A stretch of 64,000 nt of DNA, taken from the NCBI RefSeq assembly GCF_964204645.1, contig NC_134025.1, forward strand, positions 29,740,299 to 29,804,298. The letters run 5' to 3'. The notes under the pieces are model-generated. The model was not told the origin of the DNA, ran no database searches, and saw nothing but the letters and a program-made list of their open reading frames with translations. The stretch's first letter is position 1, and each line of letters begins with the position of its first letter. Source of the stretch: Tubulanus polymorphus (lineage: Eukaryota; Animalia; Nemertea). This document shows positions 14,401 through 26,099 of the stretch, in pieces. The position numbers and the translations under genes were made by a program.

Positions 14401-17400
14401 ACCATAGGTGAGACATGTGCCGCGCTAGTTAGATGAAAATACCAACCACACAGACACAATGACAAGATCTAATTTTTCCATTTGAAAGAAAAACATTTTT
14501 TATCATAGAAGTGTACTAATGATGATATGGATTTAACAACGAATGAAGAGAGAAAGGTGTATTTCACCGCATCAGTGGAACCCACCGGCTGTTTTCTCGC
14601 GACGTATTCTCCAGACTACCGATCACCCACTGGCTTCCGTACAATGAAACACGAATTTCATTTCGAAGTCAAACCAAATTTTATTGACGTAGACAATGAG
14701 CGATGCTTGTCAAAGTGTGAATGATCCCACCAGGAACCTATCAAAAACTGCTGCCTCTTTAAAACACCTGGTACATGGCCAGCCAAACCACCTCATATGC
14801 CTTCAAGTCTTCAGCACATGAAGTGGCGTTGACTTGATTACTAAATATTGATCATACTGCAAACAGTAGAAATTTTCTCGTCGCATATAATTATCTCGAC
14901 GTGTATATTGTTTGGTATCACCTGTTGCAGCGAATTCAAAGAATGGATAAATCCCACTGTAGTCGCCTGTCCGTGCATTATAGTACAAAATAGAGCCGCC
15001 TCACCAGGAGAAACCTTTTCTCTTTCAATACGTGTATTTTCGATTTCTATGAAAGAAAAAAGATAGTTCCGACCACATTTGTAGAATGATGACGATTATG
15101 ATAACGATATTAATGATACATTTTCTTATATAGCACGGCTATCAAAGCTTGATCTTCGCGCTTAAAATGCTTTAACCATGCTATTATAAAGTCTACATGT
15201 TAAAATAAATTTGGTGTTTAAACAAAATGAAATGTTTACAATCTTGATTTTCTATTGACTGTGGTTTCCATCAAGACTAAGACATGGAAAATGATATTAG
15301 TTCTATTACATGATTCACTCATTTCAAGTGATACAGTAGTTATTTTCTAGATTTCAATATGTTTAAAAGGCATAATAATCATTATGCCTATGATTTGACC
15401 GTAAAATAGCACATTTTCAAAGAAATTCAATCGTTTTCATATCATCATCATCGTCGATATACGGTAATTTGTTAGGTCGGGTTAAACAAGTTTGAATCAA
15501 TTAACTTATTAATTGAAAGGTTAAGGAAACGACCAGTGGAACTGTTTAGTCAATTTGTCTAGCCAAGTTATATTGGTTGCGAGTGATTCTAATTTTTGAA
15601 AAGAATATCAAGCATATTTAACTGAGCACGGAAACATTCCAGCAATAGAAACCCTACCACATGCACATACACTTACTAATTAAAATTAATTGGTTGATAT
15701 TTCATTCACGTTATGTTATGCACCTGTTAATTTTGAAGTCGTTCTAGAATGACTTGTTGTGCAAGAGAAATTCGTATTATACCTGTATCGACTAGAACAA
15801 ACGTGAAGAGTGCTCGAACAGCCCTTATTTTGGAATTTCTAATAAAACGAGTACTAATCATAAGTATCTAAGCACATGGCGTGAAGAAAATCTTAAAATA
15901 AGTTGATAATGTGCTCTTGAGTGCAATAGTATTTGACGCCTCGTTGCTTCGTGAAATGAATAAATATCTTTTTCTAAGCAGAGTTTTCTATTAATTTCTT
16001 TGTTTATTCATCATCAGATTTTCAGCGAGTAGCCATAGTTCACCATCTTAAAAATTATTTTTACTTTACATCGTTCGGTTCTTGGTTTCCAACCACTTAT
16101 GGATTGTTCATTTAACCTCGCGACAGGACCGAGGCCTTCAAAGTGCTGCCCGCTCGTTATCGGCAAGCAATTAGCAGACTCCAAGAATTGGTCACACATC
16201 TTAACTGAAATTGTACGAATTGAAAATCCACTTAATAAACTGCGAAAGGGATTTTTGTCAAATAGCTTTCCTGATCAATGGTAAAATGTCGGAGAATAAA
16301 TCTTTTTCTCATCTGCCTAGCAACAGCTTCATTCTTCACTGTAACAACAATTTGTACTTGTTTGATGCTCTAGGCTCCGGCGGGGACACGTTCGTTCGTT
16401 CGATCATGTGATCGCGTGTGATCCATAAAAAAACTTCTTATTTACAAACAATAACGATTAGGATTTACACCGACAATGATAAAGAGGATACGATGAAAAG
16501 TAAACGACCGTGATAATTATCTTAAACCGTATCCCCCGAACAATCGTTCACGAAGCGTGCCACGTTCAATGTTGATATCCGTTCACCTATCAATTTGAAA
16601 AAAATTCGATCCTTATTTGAATAAATAGCTATTGACTGTTGAATTGAACCCATTAAACAAACGGTAATCATTTATTGTAAGCGACACGCACAAAGACGGT
16701 AGTAGTTGATGACCTCCTCGGGCGATCGACCACATTATTTTGTAACATGAAGTCGTCGTTCGTAATTACGCAGTAATTGGACACCGATCGTGGTCATTGA
16801 TGAGCGTGTATAGGGGTCTTCAAAACTCATTCACGTCGAAGCCAAGTTTTGACCCAGTTATCATGAAATCACAGCATCGTTAATTTCAGTTGGATAGTGA
16901 TGAGGATTTCACACGTATGTGACAGGCGGAGGTGCCGTTACTAGAACTGTAGCTCGACGCAAACTACTATTACAAAACGACCGGAAAGACGATGCACTCG
17001 TGTAACGGATCGTGTATAAATTCGTCTGATATTTTTTTCATACGATCACGTACGGTTAGTAGTTGTATCCCGACGCGAAAAGTAACGGTCATTCATCGCG
17101 ACACTGCGACACGTGGCGGTCTGTGATAAATAGATAACCGACCGCCGTGTCGTTAGAAACCGATCGTGATTTTGCAAATGTTACTATCCCGATCGCCGAA
17201 ACATCTCTATATTCATATAAACCCCGTTATATTTAAAGGCGTTTGAGCTATTATCATTTTATTGCTTGGGAAATATTTTATGATAAGCAGTGAATGGAAT
17301 TTCTTTTTAAATCGTTTCTAAAAGATCTGCATCTGATTTAGCGAAACGTTCCATCGTTTATAACATAACATAAAACGTGATGAAAACGGGATATTTTTCG

Positions 17401-18183
17401 CCGAATTGTCTTCTGATTTTAATTTTCCAGTTATATCTGGTTTAATTGCGTTTGCCTCGTAATTACCCGAAGTGAATAATATGTTTGAATACGCATTGAA
17501 CGCGTGGCGAGGAGTCTCTTCATTCTAGTCAATATATCGCACTTCCGCCGTAGATTTTTTCTAAAACAGGAATAAATTGTATTTTAATATGCGTGACATG
17601 AGGCTCTTTATTTAGCAACAAGTGATGTTGTGGTGTTTACGCACACGCTAGGACAGACGGTTGGTTTGTTTAGCTCTGTGACTTTAACCAGCTGACATAG
17701 AATGGGGCATAGGGCCTTAAGAACATCAGGCGGCGTTCATTACAAAGAATACGTGCACCCGAACAGATCGAGCCATATCTCATTTCATCAGCACCTTTTT
17801 TACCTGGATATTTACAATAGTATAACTGACGCGCTCTCTAAATGGAAACGCGTTCGCTACTATCATAGATCAGTGAGTCGCTAATACGCAATCACTCCGT
17901 ATTTAATACCGTTTGATGACGACGTACCAAAAAGGCAACCTGCCCCATTATTTCGTGAATAGACGTGCAACATCCCAATTGTCAGAAAACCCCCGACTTA
18001 TCACCTGTGAGTTCTCACCGACTGATACGTATTTTCTTTTGACTTTTTGCTTCGCAACCACTCTCATAAAGTCATTCTAAATCTGAAACGTTTATTTTCT
18101 TTGTTTTGTTTGATTCTTTTTCGTTGAATTTTTCAATTGTTAAAAAACTTTAATTTTGCCGCCTTTCGAAAATCACACACCAT

Positions 18184-18184
18184 A

Positions 18185-18232
<48 letters not shown>

Positions 18233-18245
18233 GGCACGCCCGCAC
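18184..18245. repeat. (GCAC)n microsatellite
   Basis: About 12 perfect units plus a few degenerate ones. Confidence 0.92.
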
Positions 18246-18397
18246 AAATTCCGTTTGAAATGAAATAAAAATAAGATGGTTGACGAAAATCAAGAAGCTG
18301 CGTAAATGAAAATAATAACAGTGGCTCTTGGAGATCGGCTTATACAATTGTATTCTATCTGTTGTGAAAATTTGAAGATTTCACACAATGAAACGAT

Positions 18398-18547
18398 TGC
18401 TGCTCGTGCTGCTCGTACTGCTCGTGCTGCTCGTGCTGCTCGTGCTGCTCGTGCTGCTCGTGCTGCTCGTGCTGCTCGTACTGCTCGTGCTGCTCGTACT
18501 GCTCGTACTGCTCGTGCTGCTCGTACTGCTCGTGCTGCTCGTACTGC
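18398..18547. repeat. 9-bp minisatellite (TRCTGCTCG) x ~16.5
   Basis: Two variant units, TGCTGCTCG and TACTGCTCG, interspersed. Confidence 0.93.
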
Positions 18548-20599
18548 GAAGTTAAATTTGTGACTCGGACATTACTTTCCGTGATGACCAGTTTCCGGTC
18601 ATTGTAACCCCCGCAGATGAGCCAGGCTACGGATGTCCTCCAGTTCAATCTAATATCCAATCATTTCGAATTTTGCGATATGTCTGGTACTAATTAGCAG
18701 TCACCATGGCATTCGAGGGTTCACTACACTGTTACATTCATAGAATTCGGATTTGAATGGATATTGGATGAGTGTGTCAAGGATTGCGCTAGTCAAGTGT
18801 TGACTGGGCGGTCAGCATCCGTGAATTGTGGGCTACACATCAATCAATTATCGTTTATCAAAACCCATCATTGTCGGATTTCTTCAGAATTTGGATATAC
18901 AGGAAGATATCCCGTTTAGCTAATTTTAGCCATAACATATGCGAAATCACACTGTGAGCACCATTCATGAGGTTTTGACCATCGCGTACAATAGCGGCCC
19001 GCTGAAATTCGATCTTCTGACCACAGAAGCCGTTCGCCGGACAATGGGCATAGGTTTGACAATGACAGACGCACAAGCGATGGGTAACAACAGATAGAAA
19101 AAATAACGGAAACGATTAGAAGGGGTGCAGTATTGTAATTACCATAATTGATACTAGACCGATTCACTGGTGTAAATAGTAGCTGGAAGGTGTCGATGCC
19201 ACGCGCTTGTCACATTGATGGTGCCCTTACAATTGAGATACTGAATGTTTTTTGAGTGTGTAGTGCGAGTAATATCATCCAGCACTTAATCAACGAATGC
19301 TAATTAACGACGTTTAAAGTTTTTGTCGTAGCCTAATTATCTCGAGCGACTCGTGTCTTTGATTTCTCTTTGCATGAATTCATATGAATTTTAGAAATTT
19401 TGTATAGAATGCTTAACACAAAAACGTTTCGATGTGAAATGCATGTAACGTGAGTCTATATTTCATATTTAAAGCACTGTTTGCATCAGTATATGAAGGG
19501 CTCATCGATATCAGCTCATATGTTATGGCCGGAACACTTGGTGACAACATGTCGGGCCTGACTAGTACTTTCTCCTAAAAGAACAGGTGTTTACATCGAT
19601 TGGACTGGTCCCTATTTTATTTACATATCGCGTTATATGCATGCCGTCATCTGGGATCTCATTGGCGGACGAACAATTTCCAGTGAGCATAGAATAATTT
19701 CAGAATCTGTCTCATAATTTTAGATTGAACAAACAGGGATTTCTAAAGCCGAATTCAAAGAATGCCTAAGTTGTAAAGAACTATTGTATTGCACAACGAT
19801 GCTAAAGTTTTGATTTCTTTTTACTGGAAACCGCACAAAAATAATCTCTTGTTTCGTTTTGTAATGTTCAATGGGACGAGAGTAAGCGTGACTGAAGCAT
19901 TCGCAGTGAAATTGTTGTTGGAACACCTTTCACAAAGGGCATAAAACGGTTATAGAACTGCGAGGACTCATATAGCACTAGTTAAACCAACGACGCACTT
20001 AAATATTTAAATCTGTAAATTTCAGTTTTGTATCTAACCGTCCCGCAACGTTTTAAATCGATGATAAAATGATGTAAATCGAGTTGTTTTATTGAGTCGA
20101 ATTATATGAGCCACGTTATCCATTACATTATACTTTTCACTGTTCATTTTGCAGCTGACATAAAACCTGATCGTGTTTAGCAAACTTTCAGCCTGGTCTG
20201 ATTTCACACGTTTACCCTTAGCAAACCGATCATAAGCCAGATCGAGTTTCCTGGAACCAATGACAGCCTGAGGCCAACTGGTGGGTCAAGTACAACAAAC
20301 TCGTTGTTTTTGGCTACAAACCCTTTAGGGTTGGGTCCTCTACGAAGATTTCACCAGTCACGTTCATACCGTCCGTAAACGTCTTGCTTCCGTTAACCTT
20401 TGTGGCAAGTTGTTCAGCGTTTTGATAGCCCAGTTTTAAAGTCCATGGTCGGGGGACGTCTACAGTAAAACTACTGGCAGCTATTGGGGTATTAGAGGAT
20501 CCAAGCCACTACTCTACTTGTATAGGGAGGCCTGCATGAGATCAATCAATCCTCAATAGATAACAAATGTCTAAAGGATCACAATATATTAATTTATTG

Positions 20600-22784
20600 T
20601 CAGGATACTGATTTGAGCACCATTAACTTGATAAGTACAGATACAATATGAACATTAAGGCTGTTTCCGAGAGTTCGATATTTCTGTTTAACCGTTACAT
20701 TCTGAGGGAAGTCTGCAAAATTAGAGGAAACAAACAGAAAATATTTAATCAGAAATGCAAGCATTTTAATAACAAACAGAACGAATAAACATGGGGTGAA
20801 ATTTACCGAAATCAGCAGGGAAACACATCAGTCTAGCGATTTCTTCTGGAGTAAAAAATCGTAGTTTGAATTTTTTCAATTGTTGAAAATCATTAGGATC
20901 GATAGTTTTATCTCTGTTACCGTCGTAGATATCCTGAAAATATCATAAACAATTCACTGAATGTATCGAACAGTTTCTCAAAATAATGTACATAAAACTA
21001 TAGGAATAGCCTACATTAAATACCTTTTCATCAGCCATCTGTATAACAGAACCAGAGCCATCTAATTTATGTCCATATCTGAAATAAAGTGTCGAGTGTA
21101 GAGACCCTTCAAATAGTACATACACCTCCGTGGGGGAGGGGGGTCTAAAATTTACAACTTCACCCTAATATCAGGGAAGAAGTTCCATATATACTATTTG
21201 ACTAGTCCCATATACGGGTAAATGGGTGCAGTGCAAAAAGATGCACGGCATCTTTGAAATCAGGACCCGGTTCAACAGTTCTTAATTCAAACATTGAAAA
21301 TGGATAAAACTCGGACAATGTGGAACTGGTTTCACTGTTACATCTCACCCTTTAGTGAAACAGCAACATTTTCTAGAGTCTGGTTTTACAATATCCATAG
21401 CCATAAAATGTCGTAGATGATTTTCGGTTAACATAGACGAACTCAAGTCACCGCTATCACTTCCAACGACCAAAAATTCACTTAGTTTCTGACAGTATTT
21501 TGTATATTTTTCCAGATCTTTCTCGACTAATACAGAAGGTGTCAAGGTCGTAAGAATGTCTCCTGCTGAAGTATGATTAGTACTGTCTGATAATTGTTTA
21601 TCACTAATAACGTTTCTATGTTTCAACAGATGATGAAAATCGTCTGGAATATCGGTCCAAATCTAGAAAATAAGAAATTGAGTCAAAATTCAATAATCTA
21701 AAAGTTAATTGAAGCTATGACGTTTTGACTGTTTCCAAAAACAGCCATCATCAAATGGAATGATGAATAAAAGAAATAGATGAAAATGAGGAATCTTAAT
21801 CTTCTCCATAGATTCGATATCTATTCATAAATTTACCTCTGATTTCGTGGAAAAAGGAAACTGCATCGGTTTTAATTTCGCAATCAGAAAATAACGAAGT
21901 CGATTGTTCGGAATTCCAAATTGAAGAGGGGTTAATAAAAATTCCTGAAAAAAATACCAGGTGATTTTCACTGTATAATGAATGATAAATTCACCAGCGA
22001 TCTGTTGAATTTTAGACCGTTAATCAATGAGTAACTTTCATCAATTTACCTGATAATGATAATTATTCTCCTCGAGCATTTGAATCAATTTACCATGCGC
22101 TTCAGACGTTTCAAATCCTTTCACATTTTCGATTAAGATATACGACGGCTTTTTCTTGAACCTACAGAAAGATAAATAGATGATCTATGGATTACATCAA
22201 TTAGGTTTAAGTTTGAGCTAATTGGAAATAAAACGACAAACTGCACCTGGGTATAGATTCTAGTAGATGTAAGAATGGTTTCGATCGAATATCATCAACA
22301 TCTTTTTTCAATCCCTGGCGAGTGAATGGTTGACAAGGTGGACTCATTAGTATCATATCAGCTGCCCATTTATCAAAGTCTTCTACAGGAATCGCCTGAA
22401 AATAAGAGAATAATCATTTGATTAATAATCTGTAGGTTTGTCGGACGTAGCGTTACTCGACCAGCTACGTACCTCGATACATCTAGCAATCAGCTTTATC
22501 TCTGGAAAATTATGAGTGTAAATTTCTTGAGCCACAGAATTCAGATCCATAGCCGCGCAAACTTCAAATAAAAAACCACTTTCTGTAAAAAATAATAAGG
22601 GGGAGGTGTAAACAGCCACATTTTAACGTATTCAATGAATGTCAGCTTAAATCCCAAACATGATAGCATTCTTAAAAGTTTGATATTACATTTGAATACC
22701 TTTCAAAGCATAATGCATTCCTCCGATACCGCTAAATAGCTCCAAAACCTTCAGTTTTGAAATTTTATTCATTTTTTGGGCCAT
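20600..22784 (-). CDS. TRDMT1: tRNA (cytosine-C5)-methyltransferase DNMT2 (~390 aa)
   Basis: Nine phase-consistent exons: 22784-22700, 22582-22473, 22395-22247, 22161-22050, 21944-21837, 21662-21349, 21078-21024, 20933-20807, 20712-20600. Motifs: LELFSGIGG (I), SPPCQPFTR (IV), IENVKGF (VI), [10 protein letters not shown] (VIII), Dnmt2-specific [22 protein letters not shown] (IX), LGNSLNV (X). Confidence 0.95.
21101..21209. mobile_element. Degenerate MITE in TRDMT1 intron 6
   Basis: Imperfect TIRs gagacccttcaaatagta / tactatttgactagtccc flank an internal G-rich ggggagggggg tract. Confidence 0.45.
21261..21335. mobile_element. Truncated MITE related to the 60115 element, in TRDMT1 intron 6
   Basis: caggacccggttcaacagtt ... 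tgtggaactggtt resembles both ends of the 60115-60228 element. Confidence 0.55.
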
Positions 22785-23121
22785 AATGTGCCTCCACGAT
22801 TACCTTTATATCGCACGGGATATGCGGATGTGGGTAAACTACAGCGAAATTGAAAATTTTCGGAGCCACCCTGTGTTCATTCATTCAGTCCATGGTCTAA
22901 CGCTATATTATTGGTGCCTTCCGTCGATCCGAAAGAAGCACCGTGAATGACAGTTCGGACACGGTTGAATGATGTTCGTAGTTTCGTTAACAGTTCCTTC
23001 GAGTTAATTAACAGATAAAAGTAACCAGCCCCTGCTCCCTATACCTCGCTACCTCGGAGCCGTCTGACTCCAGCGCTGAATAATTAAAAAACAGCGGAAA
23101 AAGTATTATTTGATTGAAGAA
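22785..23121. promoter_or_regulatory. Bidirectional promoter region TRDMT1/LRRC73, including the probable non-coding first exon of LRRC73
   Basis: The divergent ATGs are at 22784 and 23332. A plus-strand donor GAA|GTAAGT lies at 23121/23122 and acceptors at 23279 and 23292. Confidence 0.55.
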
Positions 23122-23331
23122 GTAAGTTTCACAAGACGACAAGTGCTTTTTAAAGTCAGTCAATGGCCATTCTTGTTGGCAAACTGAAACTCACAATTCC
23201 ATTCTACCAGTTACGTGGGTAATGTTAATACGACACCCTTAATATGACTTATTTATTATAACTTATTTCTCATTGACAGGTTTCATTGACAGGTTCTGAT
23301 ACTGTAGTTCTGGAAGTCGTCTCAGTCAGTC

Positions 23332-25948
23332 ATGGACGATGATAACAGTAATTTATACTTCAGTCGTGAGACTATCACGGCTGATGACGTAGATACAATC
23401 TGTACAGCTTTAGAAAGTCATTCGGTGCAGATTTTAACTCTGCGAAAATGTGAAATAGAAGATCACGATTTTAAACGAATGATGAAATCGTTTCGTAAAT
23501 GTCGCTCATTGCTTCAACTCGGACTTCTCGAAGGAATGCTTAATTCGGTCGATCGTCTGAAAATTTTATCTAAAGCGATTTTTAAAAATCAGAACCTCAG
23601 GACTTTATAGTAAGTATCGGGAGAACTGGTTGAAATGTTCAGATTCTGGGAACAAATGATGTATTAATTGTTTTCTGTTTATAGTATTCCAGGTTCTGAT
23701 ATTGGAGATGAAAACTGTGGTTTATTGATTAAAGCCTTAGCCGAACATCCTAACATCGTTTCACTTGATTTAGCTGAGTGTCAACTGGGTGATATAGCCG
23801 TGAAATATCTGTGCGATTTACTGCCTCCTGATAAAGAAAAACTAGGTATTTCACTCATATCATATCTTATATCATTCCAGTACGGTGGAAACCTCTTCAT
23901 TGAGATTAATTGTTAGATGAGTTAGTTCGGGAACATTGACATATATGTCCATGGTTTCCACAGTGCTGGTGAATGAGGAAAAAACTTGGGAATTTTAAAA
24001 TGATATTTCCCAGTTTGGAAATATTCGGGAATTTTATCAATTTTCCTCTAATCCGAACTTGGGAAATTCATTCTCAATGGAATTATGTTTTGTAATATTT
24101 TCTAGGTCTAAGTGAATTGAGTTTGAGTAATAATCTGGCTATAACGAGTAAAGGTTGGACGAAGTTATTCATCGCGCTGGCCGCCAGTAGTTCTCTGAGA
24201 GTTCTGAAATTAGATAATAACACTATTGAAGATCACGGTGCTGGATGTTTGGCTGTCGCGATGGCTGCAAATCCTGAATTGCAGATACTGGACGTACGGA
24301 ATACCGGTATAAGCAGCCGTGGTGCTAAGGTAGGTTCATATACCTGGTGATGGTTCAACCTTATAGTTCAGGGCCCAGTTTCACAAAAAGTTTAACTCAA
24401 ATTTTTGGTGTAATTGCCAATGGTTACTTCATGTTTTCAATGAGGACAATAATTCAAACTTAACCGTTTTAGGCTTAAACTTTTTCGTGAAACTGGGCTC
24501 TGTGCAGTAAACTCAGTTTTTTTTGGAAAGTAAATTCCGAGGTAATTTGAACGATGAGTGGTCTTAACACATTCACAACTTTTTGTCAACTTTTTCAGTT
24601 CTTCCTGAATCTGCTGAATAATTATCCGTCATACCTGAAATCATTGAAACTCAGTGAAAACGACATCAAAGAGAAAACGTTAGATGAAATTAATAAATGT
24701 CTAGAACAAGAGGAGGAGGCGAGACGATCGTGTATGCAACCACAAAAACAAGATTCATCCGACGAAGAAACTGAAACTATAAACGAAGAAGTCATGACTG
24801 AAGTGAAATCTGAAAACGTAATGGCCGGACTGAAACCTAAAGATAAAAAGAAAGATAAGAACGATAGTCAGTATAATTACTACAGTGCCTGGGGACAGCC
24901 ACCTCCTATGCCTACCTCATACGGTTTGTTTGATTCGCAGAGTTACGGTGGGGCGGCTCCGGGTATGGTTTCTAATGTACCTAGCGCTCCGCCGGGGTAT
25001 GGCGCCGGAGGGTTCGTGTATCCGGAATCAGCCTCTAACACGTACGGGGCGTCTCGGTATAATTCAGGGGGTAGTTATGGGTATGATCAGATGGGATATG
25101 GAAGCTCGACGGCATATGGGAATTATGGCCAGTACGGTTACGGATTCACCCCTACTCAGCCACCATACAGCGGTAGCTCACAACCGTCGTACGGTGGCTC
25201 AGCAGGGTATGGTGGCTCGGGGTATGGTGGCTCGGGTTATGGTGGTACCTCGGGGTATGGTAGCTCAGGGTATGGAGGGACAACGCCCTATTCGACTAGT
25301 GGTTATGGAGGTGGGTCCGGTTCTTACAAGGGAACTAGTTCTTATGGCGCTACTTCACCTTACACTAAACCCAGCGATACTAAATACACAGACACCAGTA
25401 ATAAAGAGGACAAAACTGCTTACAATCGCGGACAGACGGACAGTTATTCGGATAAGAAAAATATTCATGACAGGTTAGATTCTGATCGGTATTCTAGAGG
25501 TGGAACGGGAAGTCAGTTTAGCGACAGTAGCCATCTTGGAAAATATACAAACATAAGCGGAAAAACTGATACGACATCTAAAGATCCGGTATCGTACGGG
25601 ACTAGTGGATCGGTGTCTCCTCGAGTGAATACAACATCCGCGACACCCGATGAAGTTATTGAACCTAGTATTGTGTCTCGCGGTACCAAGAAAGATACGG
25701 ATAAATCGAAAAGCAACGAACGATCGAACGTTCTGAAAATGTTTGAAGAGTTGATGAAAGCCGATGCAACCGATGATGACCTTGACGCGATGAAAAGGCG
25801 ATTGAATATTGCGACGCCTCCGAAAGTGCGCGATATAGAAGCGGACTTCCAGAGAGGTAGGGTGGTTCCTATGATGAGAGGTAGACCGAGTAAAAAGAAA
25901 CATCTCGGAACAATTGACTCATTATCAGACAGTGACAGCGACATGTGA
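23332..25948 (+). CDS. LRRC73: Leucine-rich repeat protein 73 ortholog with a long low-complexity C-terminal extension (~670 aa)
   Basis: Coding exons 23332-23609, 23685-23845, 24106-24329 and 24599-25948 join in frame. Ribonuclease-inhibitor-like LRRs such as ALAEHPNIVSLDLAECQLGD, LCDLLPPD..K.GLSELSLS.N..IT.KGW..L.IALA.SS and NYPSYLKSLKLSEN align co-linearly with my recollection of vertebrate LRRC73. Confidence 0.85.
23883..23963. mobile_element. Short Tc1/pogo-like MITE remnant in an LRRC73 intron
   Basis: TA-CGGTGGAAACC ... GGTTTCCACAG-TG imperfect TIRs. Confidence 0.4.
24369..24502. mobile_element. MITE family A, copy 1 (PIF/Harbinger-like ends), in an LRRC73 intron
   Basis: TIRs cagggcccagtttcacaaaaagtttaa / ttaaactttttcgtgaaactgggctctg; a closely similar reverse-complement copy sits at 34201-34333. 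Confidence 0.85.
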
Positions 25949-25986
25949 CCGGGATATTGAGAGATCTTTGGTCGCTTTTGTTAATA

Positions 25987-26099
25987 CAGGGGAACCTCGT
26001 TACAACGAACTTCAAGGGAACATCTGTTCATTCAGTATGGAATTATTTAAAATCCTAGGTTTGTAATAACCAATAAATCGTCATAATGAGGTTCCACTA
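25987..26099. mobile_element. Tigger/pogo-like MITE just after the LRRC73 stop codon
   Basis: TA-CAGGGGAACCTCGTTACAACG ... CGTCATAATGAGGTTCCACTA imperfect ~21-bp TIRs. Confidence 0.6.

Noticed and set aside
14533-15045. Selenoprotein or TGA=Trp recoding for the TGA-only frame
   Set aside because: TGG codons are also used, no SECIS was recognised, and a run like this is expected by chance in a window this size. Kept only as a possible pseudogene.
18150-18660. ORFs containing RACV, AAR/TAR and HEQ/YEQ repeats
   Set aside because: They stay open only because of stop-free tandem repeats; the flanks are not protein-like.
23608-23610. Apparent premature TAG in LRRC73
   Set aside because: It overlaps the donor TA|GTAAGT, and splicing restores a TAT (Tyr) codon.
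24885-25944. Overlapping ORFs 24885-25478 (+), 25475-25903 (-) and 25513-25944 (-)
   Set aside because: Shadow frames of the low-complexity last exon of LRRC73, with no independent motifs or splice support.
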